Below are positions 56,294 to 64,000 of a stretch of 64,000 nt of DNA, one piece after another. The DNA is taken from assembly GCA_043808425.1 (NCBI GenBank), contig JAZDEW010000064.1:11772-75771 (forward strand), in the 5' to 3' direction. The stretch comes from Candidatus Omnitrophota bacterium. Lineage in GTDB: Bacteria > Omnitrophota > Gorgyraeia > Gygaellales > Profunditerraquicolaceae. The position numbers were made by a program, and so were the translations under genes. Under the pieces are notes generated by a model. That model was not told the origin of the DNA. It made no database searches and worked only from the letters and a program-made list of their open reading frames with translations. Position 1 is the first letter of the stretch, and each line of letters starts with the position of its first letter.

Positions 56294-57502
56294 TTATAAC
56301 TCTAACTGGTGCCCCATCTTTTCTTTCTTTGTTTTAAGGTATTTATAATTCTGATCATTAGGCTCAATCTCTAAGGGTACCCGCTGTAAAACCTTTAGCC
56401 CATAACCTTCCAGGCCGACAATTTTACGCGGATTATTAGTTAGCAATCTGATCTGCTTAATCCCTAAATCTACAAGAATCTGAGCGCCAATGCCATAATC
56501 GCGTAAATCCGCTTTGTGCCCCAACGCCTCATTAGCTTCCACCGTATCCATTCCGTTATCCTGCAAATTATACGCACGCAACTTCTCAATTAATCCTATA
56601 CCGCGCCCTTCTTGATGCATATAGAGGATTACGCCTTTCTTTTCTAAAGCAATAAGCTGCATCGACTTCTCTAGCTGCCTTCCACAGTCACAACGCAATG
56701 AACCAAAAACATCTCCGGTCAAACATTCTGAATGTACGCGCACCAAGACCGACTCATGCGACCAATTTCCCATACACAAAGCAATATGCGTTTGATTATT
56801 AGTTTGATCACGATAAACAAATAACTTAAATTCACCAAATTTTGTCGGCAATCTGGTTTGCACAATGGCCTCCACCAGCTTCTCGCTTCGACGGCGATAT
56901 TCAATAAGGCTGGCAATCGTACAAATCCTTAAAGCATGTTTGCCGGCAAACTCCAAAAGCTGCTTTAAGCGAGCCATACTGCCATCATCGTTCATGATCT
57001 CACAAATTACCCCTGCCGGATAAAGCCCGGCCAAGCGCATCAAATCCACGCTAGCTTCCGTATGCCCTGCCCGAACTAAGACTCCTCCGCAACGCGAAAG
57101 TAAAGGAAAAACGTGTCCGGGACGCACTATGTCCTGCGCCCTACTTTGCCGGTTAATTAAGGCCTCAATTGTTCTGGCCCGATCTCCAGCAGAGATACCG
57201 GTACTAACTCCTTTAGCGGCATCCACGGAAATCATCCAAGCGGTTTTAAAAAGATCCTCGCTGCCAACGGACAAGGTATTCTTAAGCATAGGATCGAGCT
57301 CCAAAAAACGTAACCTTTCCTCCTCCATGGGAACACAAATCAGGCCCCGGCCAAATTTAGCCATAAAATTAATGTCTGCGGATTTAATTTTTGATGCCGC
57401 CATTACTAAGTCACCTTCGTTTTCACGATCTTCATCGTCAACAACAATGACCATTAATCCGGCTTTTAAATCTTCTAAAATTTCTGGGATGCTATTAAAC
57501 AT
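56294..57502 (-). CDS. ribBA: Bifunctional DHBP synthase/GTP cyclohydrolase II
   Basis: DDEDRENEGD, RAGHTEA, RVHSECLTGD...RCDC, EGRGIG, TNNP.K. Start set at ATG 57502 after AGGAGAGG. Confidence 0.97.
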   Translation of the reverse strand: MFNSIPEILEDLKAGLMVIVVDDEDRENEGDLVMAASKIKSADINFMAKFGRGLICVPMEEERLRFLELDPMLKNTLSVGSEDLFKTAWMISVDAAKGVSTGISAGDRARTIEALINRQSRAQDIVRPGHVFPLLSRCGGVLVRAGHTEASVDLMRLAGLYPAGVICEIMNDDGSMARLKQLLEFAGKHALRICTIASLIEYRRRSEKLVEAIVQTRLPTKFGEFKLFVYRDQTNNQTHIALCMGNWSHESVLVRVHSECLTGDVFGSLRCDCGRQLEKSMQLIALEKKGVILYMHQEGRGIGLIEKLRAYNLQDNGMDTVEANEALGHKADLRDYGIGAQILVDLGIKQIRLLTNNPRKIVGLEGYGLKVLQRVPLEIEPNDQNYKYLKTKKEKMGHQLEL

Positions 57503-57599
57503 ACCTCTCCTTGCCCACAAGGGCACACCCGCGCTCCCTACCAAGGGACACCGGCGCGATTCAAATTAGCGCCGCGTAACTTCTTAGCGCCAAGAGCAA

Positions 57600-57628
57600 T
57601 AAAAAACCCGAAACAAAATCTTCGGGCC
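57600..57628 (-). terminator. Intrinsic terminator of the FMN riboswitch expression platform
   Basis: Minus strand CCCGAA-GATTTTGT-TTCGGG-TTTTTT. Confidence 0.8.
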
Positions 57629-57680
57629 TTAACTCTTTCCCGCCATACTCATTGGCGGGTCCGCCGTACATTATAGCGGA

Positions 57681-57805
57681 AATCTTCTTCCATCTGGACT
57701 ATGACCATCGGCCCTGGAATCTCACCAGATCTGTCCGCCAATGAATTAAAGGCTGACTCGCGGGCTAAACCGCCGGTAAGGATTTTCACCTTGCCCTAAA
57801 GATTA
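57681..57805 (-). ncRNA. FMN riboswitch (RFN element)
   Basis: AGGGCAAGGTGAAAATCCTTACCGGCGGT..AGCCCGCGAG...AGATCTGGTGAGATTCCAGGGCCGATGGT..AGTCCAGATGGAAGAAG, upstream of ribBA. Confidence 0.96.
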
Positions 57806-57815
57806 ATTGCTATTT

Positions 57816-57864
57816 AGTTTAACAGAGAAACTAGACTTGTCAATATATTTAAAACGGGTATAAT
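57816..57864. promoter_or_regulatory. Divergent overlapping sigma70 promoters (rib operon and cinA)
   Basis: Minus: TTGACA-16 nt-TAAACT with TG extension. Plus: TTGTCA-16 nt-TATAAT. The two -35 hexamers overlap. Confidence 0.65.
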
Positions 57865-57871
57865 ATCTATT

Positions 57872-58342
57872 GTGCTTAAGAAAATAACCCGGCAAATCCA
57901 TAACCAACTAACCCATCAAAAAAAAACCATTTCTCTGGCTGAATCCTGCACCGGAGGCCTTCTCGCTACACTTTTAACCAGTTTACCGGGGTCTTCGAAT
58001 TATTTTCACTCAGGGGTGATTACTTATAGCAACAAATCCAAAGAAATAATTCTAAATATACCCGCAAAAATAATCGCCAGATACGGTGCGGTTTCCCGCC
58101 AAGTTGCTATATTAATGGCTAAGAACATCCGAAAAAAAACCCATACTAATTTTGGCATCAGCATTACCGGAATGGCCAGCCCCGGAAGGACAACCACCGC
58201 CATGTCCGTGGGCACCGTCTTTATCTGCCTATCCGAAAAAAATAAAGACATTTGCCACAAATTTAAATTCTCCGGCAACCGAGAAAATATCCGAAAAAAT
58301 TCCGCCTTAAAAGCAATGCGCTTATTATCCGCTAGCTTATGA
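57872..58342 (+). CDS. cinA: CinA C-terminal domain protein (NMN amidohydrolase, PncC-like)
   Basis: AESCTGG, PGSS.YF, YSN.SK, GAVS, SITG.A.PG, VGTVFI. Confidence 0.92.
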   Translation: MLKKITRQIHNQLTHQKKTISLAESCTGGLLATLLTSLPGSSNYFHSGVITYSNKSKEIILNIPAKIIARYGAVSRQVAILMAKNIRKKTHTNFGISITGMASPGRTTTAMSVGTVFICLSEKNKDICHKFKFSGNRENIRKNSALKAMRLLSASL

Positions 58343-58817
58343 AATTTGAAAAAACCGCCAACTTTAGAATTATCAAAACCACAATATTCGTATAAATGCC
58401 GGCAATTAAATCATCGGTCAAGATTCCGGCCGAACCTGATAAATGTTGTAATTTCCCAGCCGGATATGGTTTAAGTGTATCCAGGACACGAAAAACCAAA
58501 AAAGCCAAAAAAATTAACTTAAAATCATAGGGAATAAAACTAAGGGCAATGAGCATACCGGCCACTTCATCTATCACGATGCAACCAGGATCCTTCTTAT
58601 TTAATAACTTTTCCATCCGGCCGCCAGTCATTAACCCCAAAATAACTATGCCGAAAATAAATAAAAAATAATTTATTAAAGTTGTGCCTCTAAGTAAATA
58701 AAATAAACCCACTCCGGCAATACTGCCAAAAGTACCGGGGACTAACGGTAAATAGCCGATAAAAAAAACCGTACTAATAGCTTTAACAAAAAAATCACCT
58801 GCTTTTTTAAATTTCAT
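58332..58817 (-). CDS. pgpA: Phosphatidylglycerophosphatase A
   Basis: PGTFGS, DPG.IVIDEV.G, FR..D..KPYP, G.L.DD.IAG. Confidence 0.95.
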   Translation of the reverse strand: MKFKKAGDFFVKAISTVFFIGYLPLVPGTFGSIAGVGLFYLLRGTTLINYFLFIFGIVILGLMTGGRMEKLLNKKDPGCIVIDEVAGMLIALSFIPYDFKLIFLAFLVFRVLDTLKPYPAGKLQHLSGSAGILTDDLIAGIYTNIVVLIILKLAVFSNFIS

Positions 58818-59392
58818 AGACGAGTAATTACTTTACGGTTAGCCCATAAATATGACAGCCCGGAATAAAGAGTTAGCCCAACGGTTACCAGCATGAGAAA
58901 AAATATCCCCCGATGAAAGATCTTTTCCCAAGCAGGATTCCAGGTATAATATTTTAATAAAATCTCTTTAAGCAGAATAAATCCTAAAATAATAAAAATA
59001 ACCGCCATCTGTAAAACTGTCTTATGTTTACCAGCACGCGCCGCAGAAAGTATCTTACCCTTATTCAGAGCAAACAGGCGCATGGAAGTAATTAAAATTT
59101 CCCTAGAAACTATAATTACGAACATCCAAGCATCAATTAACTGCAACTGCACAAAAGCCGCGAAAGCGGCCAAAACTAAAATTTTATCCGCAATCGGATC
59201 CATCAATCTACCAAAATCCGTTACCATATTCCTGCGCTGCGCGATCAGGCCATCAAAATAATCCGATAAAGCGGCCAAGATAAAAACCACCAAACTAATA
59301 GCTTTAGGCCAAAGCCCGTTACAAAACAAAAAAAACATAAACACAAAAGTTAATAAAATGCGCAACATGGTCAACCGATTAGCAAGATTCAT
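58814..59392 (-). CDS. pgsA: CDP-diacylglycerol--glycerol-3-phosphate 3-phosphatidyltransferase
   Basis: N.LT..R, D.FDG.IA, FG..MDPIADK, RE, GK.KT..Q. Confidence 0.96.
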   Translation of the reverse strand: MNLANRLTMLRILLTFVFMFFLFCNGLWPKAISLVVFILAALSDYFDGLIAQRRNMVTDFGRLMDPIADKILVLAAFAAFVQLQLIDAWMFVIIVSREILITSMRLFALNKGKILSAARAGKHKTVLQMAVIFIILGFILLKEILLKYYTWNPAWEKIFHRGIFFLMLVTVGLTLYSGLSYLWANRKVITRL

Positions 59393-59509
59393 CGTACACC
59401 TTCCTGCCTGCCGGCAGGCAGGCTTTCATATTTAATTTTTTAATTTGATTCCTACTTTTATAAATTCTATATTTCTAACCCCTTGAATACATAGAAAGTG
59501 CGGGATTCA
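59393..59509. mobile_element. MITE-like junction element with nested CCTGCC palindrome
   Basis: ACACCTTC[CTGCCTGCCGGCAGGCAGG]CTTTC...TTGAATACATAGAAAGTGCGGGATTCA. Confidence 0.72.
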
Positions 59510-60754
59510 TAGTTTTGGCTCCCCCACTAAGTCATACTCTAAAGTATCTGTAATTTTTACCTGAATAAATTTACCCATTCTCAAGGGCTGTTTAGTGTTT
59601 ATATACACCACTCCGTCTACCTCCGGGGCATCAGCCTGACTCCGCCCAACATAAACACGGCCTTGTTTTTCCTCCACTAAAACAGAAATAATCTTTCCCA
59701 GTAATTTGCCATTCAAAACGGCCGCTATTTGACGCTGCGTGGCCATAATTTTATCAAATCTCTTTTGTTTTAACTGCTGGCAAATTTGTCCCTTAAAATT
59801 AAAAGCGCGCGTGCCCTCTTCCCGGGAATAGATAAAAGCTCCCAGCCTTTCAAATTTCGCCTCTTTAACAAAATCCAGCAACTCATTAAATTCTTCTGCT
59901 GTCTCTGAGGGAAAACCTACAATTAAAGAAGTACGCAGATAAACCCCGGGGATAGCTTCCCTGATCTTCTTAATCAGAGCAATAATCTCTTCCTTGGTAG
60001 TTGTGCGATTCATCAACTTTAGAATGCGATTATTAATATGTTGTATGGGCAAATCAATATATTTACATATCCGGCTTGAAGTTGCCATTAGCCTCAACAA
60101 CTCATTAGTAATTCGTTTTGGATTCAAATATAAAAGACGAATCCATCCAATCTGCGGCGTATATCTAATTATTTTCCGTAAGAGGCCGGCCAGCTGACTT
60201 TTGCCGGAAACATCTATTCCAAAACCGGTAATATCCTGACCAATAATATTTAGCTCTGAAATCCTTTCCTGATTAAAACGCTTAACTTTACGAATTATCG
60301 TTGACTCGTTTAGGCTCTCCAGCCTGCCTTTAATCTTGGGAATTACGCAGTAACTACACTGGTTTACACAACCTTCGCATATTTTCAAGTAAGCGTAATG
60401 CGCAGGGGTTAAAGCAAACCTTTTTAATTCATGATTTAACCCCAATCTTCCTACAAAAGCGTCTACTTCCGGTAAATCTTTGGCTAAATTTTTATAACGC
60501 TGTGCCAGGCAACCGTAAACGATTATTTTTTTAAGTTTCCCCTGCTTTTTTAGCTCAATCAAATTCAAGATGGCATCAATGGATTCACGCTTGGCCTCTT
60601 GAATAAAAGCACAGGTATTCACTAAAACAACCTGTGCGCGAGCTATGTCTTCAACTATAGAATAATCTTTAAAACTGAGCCGTCCGGCAAGGTCTTCGGC
60701 ATCCACCAGGTTTCTAGGACAGCCTAAGGAAAGTATACCTATCCTCTGTTTCAT
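59507..60754 (-). CDS. rimO: Ribosomal protein S12 methylthiotransferase
   Basis: SLGCPRNLVD, NTCAFI, GCLAQRY, EGC...CSYC, DAPEVDG TRAM domain. Confidence 0.95.
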   Translation of the reverse strand: MKQRIGILSLGCPRNLVDAEDLAGRLSFKDYSIVEDIARAQVVLVNTCAFIQEAKRESIDAILNLIELKKQGKLKKIIVYGCLAQRYKNLAKDLPEVDAFVGRLGLNHELKRFALTPAHYAYLKICEGCVNQCSYCVIPKIKGRLESLNESTIIRKVKRFNQERISELNIIGQDITGFGIDVSGKSQLAGLLRKIIRYTPQIGWIRLLYLNPKRITNELLRLMATSSRICKYIDLPIQHINNRILKLMNRTTTKEEIIALIKKIREAIPGVYLRTSLIVGFPSETAEEFNELLDFVKEAKFERLGAFIYSREEGTRAFNFKGQICQQLKQKRFDKIMATQRQIAAVLNGKLLGKIISVLVEEKQGRVYVGRSQADAPEVDGVVYINTKQPLRMGKFIQVKITDTLEYDLVGEPKL

Positions 60755-61539
60755 CTGGAAATTTTCAAACCTTCTTTATTAATCAGAACATTCTTTAAAG
60801 ACTGCCCATGCCGGCCGAGATTAGCAAAACGCTGGTCATTAACCTGCAGCTCTACCGCCCCGGCATCTCCCAGAGACAATTCAACTTTTTCCTTAGCTTG
60901 CCAGGTTTCAGATCGGCCACGAGCAAGCGCGCCATGGAAGACAACCTTCCCATCAACTTTTACCGAGATCCAGGATTTGCCACGCGCAAATACGCCCAAA
61001 GTAAACCCTGAAGCTAAATCTTTATTAATTTTAGCTTGCCTAGCCTCAGCCTTAGGGACAGGGACAGAAACGGGCATTAATTTTTTAGCCTTCTCTATCT
61101 GATTCTTAGGCCGCGAAGAAACCAGTTTAATTAAACTGATCCCTAAAAATATAAAAATGAACGGAATAACTACAAATATAATTATTTTCTTTAAGCTCAC
61201 CCTGGGCTTGAGCGCGCTTAGCTTAATAGAAACATCTTTAATAAAAGAATATTTCTTTTCCATCCGCGCTCCGATAGGCTTACCGACAGCCGCATTTAAA
61301 GGTGGCTTCTGCCGCTGTTCATTAGTAACAATAAAAGCTTTAGCATCCAAACCAAGGCAAGCGCAATAAATCTTAATAAAACCTTTAAGATAAATCGGGC
61401 TTAAATTTGAAATACTATCACCTTCAATTGCGCGTAAAACGTTGAGGTGAATTTTGGTCTTTTTTTGGATATCCTCTAAACTTAATCCTCTTTCCTGACG
61501 AATCTTCTTTAGCCGGGGACCGACTGCCTCAATATTCAT
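60751..61539 (-). CDS. rodZ: RodZ-like protein (HTH, TM, DUF4115)
   Basis: LKKIRQERGLSL HTH, GFIKIY, single TM, W.SV.VDG...LGDAGAV C-terminal domain; ftsK-rodZ-rimO-pgsA synteny. Confidence 0.88.
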   Translation of the reverse strand: MNIEAVGPRLKKIRQERGLSLEDIQKKTKIHLNVLRAIEGDSISNLSPIYLKGFIKIYCACLGLDAKAFIVTNEQRQKPPLNAAVGKPIGARMEKKYSFIKDVSIKLSALKPRVSLKKIIIFVVIPFIFIFLGISLIKLVSSRPKNQIEKAKKLMPVSVPVPKAEARQAKINKDLASGFTLGVFARGKSWISVKVDGKVVFHGALARGRSETWQAKEKVELSLGDAGAVELQVNDQRFANLGRHGQSLKNVLINKEGLKISR

Positions 61540-63731
61540 TCAGCACCTTCTCTCTTATTCATCCCAGTAGTTTCCACGCCTTTAGCACCAGTCAATTCTT
61601 TGAGCCAAGCCTGACGGTCAACTAAAATCCGGCGCGGCTTACTTCCTTCAAACTGCCCCACTAACCCTTCTGCCTCCATCATATCAATAATGCGCGCGGC
61701 ACGCGTATATCCTAAGCGCATTCGCCGCTGCAATATAGAAACCGAGGCCTGATTACTTTCCATGATTACACGCACCGCTTCATCATAAAGCTCATCTTTA
61801 TCGCCATTGGCTAAACTATTTTTTTGCTGCTCCTTAAGAATCTGCTCATCATAAGCCGGCTCACCTTGAGCCTTAATAAATTTTACCACCCGCTCAATCT
61901 CAGCATCTTTAACCAAGGCCCCCTGAATACGCACTAAATCTTCTTTTCCGGGTTGCAAAAATAACATGTCCCCCTTGCCTAATAAAGCCTCCGCGCCATT
62001 GCCATCTAGCACTGTACGTGAATCAACTTTAGAGGCCACTTTAAAAGATACGCGCGCCGGTAAATTTGCTTTAATTACTCCGGTAATTACATCCACGCTT
62101 GGCCGCTGCGTAGCTAAAATCAAATGTATGCCTACCGCCCGCGATAGCTGCGCCAAACGCGTAATCGCATTCTCAATCTGATCACGCGCCACACTCATTA
62201 AATCCGCAAACTCATCAACAACAACAATAATATAAGGAATCTTTTCCTGCTTTTCATTATATGCCTCAATATTCCTAACTCCGATTTTAGATAAGAGCAC
62301 GTAACGAGATTCCATCTCGGAAACCACCCAATTAAGGGCAACGGCTGCCTTCTTGGCGTCTGTAACTACCGGACACAAAAGATGCGGCAGGCCATTAAAA
62401 GGCATCAGTTCCACCATCTTAGGATCAATCATTAAAAATTTTAAATCATTCGGAGATCCGCGGAAAAGTAATGACAAAATGCAGGTATTCACGCAGACAG
62501 TTTTACCAGAACCGGTAGTTCCGGCAATTAACAAATGCGGCATATCATCTAAATCACCAAATACGGATCGACCGGTAATATCCTTGCCCAAAGCGATGGT
62601 CAAAAACGACTTATGCTTATGATACTCCGCAGAGGTAAGCAAATCTCGAATACAAACTAATGTACTCTGCAGATTAGGCACCTCCACCCCTACCCTGCCT
62701 TTTCCCGGAATAGGAGCGATAATCCTGATCGACTGGGCCTTGATCGCCAAAGCGATATCATCACTTAAGGCCTCAATACGGTTAATCTTTACTCCGGCCG
62801 CCGGTTCCAATTCATAACGAGTAATAACCGGGCCACGGATAATATCCGTAACTTTTGCCAAAATACCAAAATCTTCTAAAGTATCTTCCAATGTCCTAGC
62901 GCAGGCCTCCAAGTCTTCTTTCATTTGTTTATTATCCGCCGGCGGCGGCGCGTCTAATAAATCCACGGAAGGCAAATGATAATCACCAATCTTTAGTTCG
63001 CTAGTTTTTATCTTAATTTGCTCTAGCGGCTTATTTTTAATCTGAGTTTTTAAATCTGACATAAAAATTTTAGGCTTCGATAAGCCAGGCTCAAAATCTT
63101 GTCTTTTAGGCAATAAGCTATTTTTACCGCCAAGGTTGGGCTTAATTTTCGCTACAAGATGTTTTTGCCGATTAGAAAAAAAAGACAGACTGGAAAAAAC
63201 AGATTTTATTTTTCCGGCGAGCTTAAGAAAAAGCGAAGAAATAAGAATCTCCGTCACCAGGGCCAAAGAGAGAATGATAAAAGTAATAAAAATAATAAAA
63301 CCGCCTAAACGGCTAAAATAAGTAGTGATGAAATTAGCCGTAAGCGCGCCAAAAAATCCTGAGGTCTGGAACCTTAAGCTATCGTTATTTAAATTAAACA
63401 TACCGATGAGCGAGCTTATGGAAACCAGCAGCACAAACATTCCTAAAATGCGCGCCACGCTTAAGTAGGGCTTATCCTGGCGAAAATATTTTATGCCCAG
63501 CATGATCACTAAGAAGGGTATGCAAAAACTGGAGAGACTACCAAAAAGTAGAACGATTAACCCGGCCAAATAGGCACCAAAAACTCCCAGAAGATTTTTA
63601 GCGGGGAAATTAGGAGCGGAGGTGTAAAAAACAAGATCCAAACGGTCAAAGCGAACAAGGCTGGCCAAAACCATCAACCCCGCCGCTACCAGAACAACGC
63701 CCTTGACCTCATTAATTCTTCTTTCTCTCAC
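61536..63731 (-). CDS. ftsK: DNA translocase FtsK
   Basis: N-terminal TMs, PHLLIAGTTGSGKT, DEFADLM, ATQRPSVDV, gamma domain LQRRMRLGYTRAAR. Confidence 0.97.
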   Translation of the reverse strand: MRERRINEVKGVVLVAAGLMVLASLVRFDRLDLVFYTSAPNFPAKNLLGVFGAYLAGLIVLLFGSLSSFCIPFLVIMLGIKYFRQDKPYLSVARILGMFVLLVSISSLIGMFNLNNDSLRFQTSGFFGALTANFITTYFSRLGGFIIFITFIILSLALVTEILISSLFLKLAGKIKSVFSSLSFFSNRQKHLVAKIKPNLGGKNSLLPKRQDFEPGLSKPKIFMSDLKTQIKNKPLEQIKIKTSELKIGDYHLPSVDLLDAPPPADNKQMKEDLEACARTLEDTLEDFGILAKVTDIIRGPVITRYELEPAAGVKINRIEALSDDIALAIKAQSIRIIAPIPGKGRVGVEVPNLQSTLVCIRDLLTSAEYHKHKSFLTIALGKDITGRSVFGDLDDMPHLLIAGTTGSGKTVCVNTCILSLLFRGSPNDLKFLMIDPKMVELMPFNGLPHLLCPVVTDAKKAAVALNWVVSEMESRYVLLSKIGVRNIEAYNEKQEKIPYIIVVVDEFADLMSVARDQIENAITRLAQLSRAVGIHLILATQRPSVDVITGVIKANLPARVSFKVASKVDSRTVLDGNGAEALLGKGDMLFLQPGKEDLVRIQGALVKDAEIERVVKFIKAQGEPAYDEQILKEQQKNSLANGDKDELYDEAVRVIMESNQASVSILQRRMRLGYTRAARIIDMMEAEGLVGQFEGSKPRRILVDRQAWLKELTGAKGVETTGMNKREGAE

Positions 63732-64000
63732 TTAGCTGCTTTGTTGCGGTGCTTCAGCCTGTTTTTTGCTTAAATTAATCCTACCCAATTCATCTATACC
63801 GATAACCTTAACATTAAATTCATCACCCACTTTAACCACATCCTCAATTTTTTTAACGAAGGTACTGGACAGCTCAGATACATGCACCAGCCCCTCTTTA
63901 CGCGGGGCCAGCTCAACAAATACCCCAAATTGCATAATCCGCTTTACTTTGCCAAAATAAATCCGGCCTACCTCTAGTTCATCCGTGATCGCCTTAATCA
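63732..64000 (-). CDS. pnp: Polyribonucleotide nucleotidyltransferase C-terminal S1 domain (5' end off window)
   Basis: Frame stays open to the window edge: [30 protein letters not shown]...EGLVHVSEL...GRINLS. Confidence 0.88.
   Translation of the reverse strand, partial: IKAITDELEVGRIYFGKVKRIMQFGVFVELAPRKEGLVHVSELSSTFVKKIEDVVKVGDEFNVKVIGIDELGRINLSKKQAEAPQQSS

Noticed and set aside
57503-57544. N-terminal extension MVGSAGVPLWARRG of RibBA
   Set aside because: It is read through two small GC hairpins; the AGGAGAGG RBS supports ATG 57502.
27996-59422. Recurrent 20 bp palindrome or heptamer arrays as CRISPR repeats
   Set aside because: Copies are kilobases apart or have no spacers, and no cas genes are present.
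9308-63731. Inteins or introns in ileS, ligA, SNF2, res or ftsK
   Set aside because: Lengths are normal and no intein-like insert with splice-junction motifs is evident.
458-63960. Numerous short plus-strand ORFs and nested minus-strand ORFs in the ORF track
   Set aside because: They lie antisense or out of frame within well-supported genes and show no motifs; only cinA is accepted on the plus strand.

Overview
Bacterial chromosomal window, low-to-moderate GC, with nearly all genes on the minus strand. Gene content and protein style suggest Omnitrophota (PVC superphylum); this is inference, not a database result. The window holds: mrdA-mreDCB; aroA; rluD-lgt-lspA-dksA-ileS-mtnP-proC-yggS; a near-complete dcw cluster (mraZ to ftsA); ribF-nrnA-rbfA-tRNA nucleotidyltransferase-xerD-ligA; a ~12 kb accessory island next to tRNA-Pro(CGG); an FMN-riboswitch riboflavin operon; and pgpA-pgsA-rimO-rodZ-ftsK-pnp. 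The island encodes RadC, Bro-N, a type III R-M pair split by RhuM, a SWIM-SNF2 helicase, an orphan MNT and a coiled-coil protein. Main points of interest: (1) ftsZ is missing after ftsA, FtsA has degenerate ATP motifs, and a secreted metallopeptidase sits between murG and murC; (2) the SWIM-SNF2 plus coiled-coil pair is a candidate uncharacterised defence module; (3) several small palindromic, MITE and heptamer repeat families nest inside each other, supply ribosome-binding sites at gene junctions and sit in-frame inside aroA, yggS, ribE and mod; (4) a PHP hydrolase lies inside the rib operon; (5) an HTH/LAGLIDADG-like gene abuts the tRNA. No CRISPR array, rRNA, transposase or island integrase was seen.
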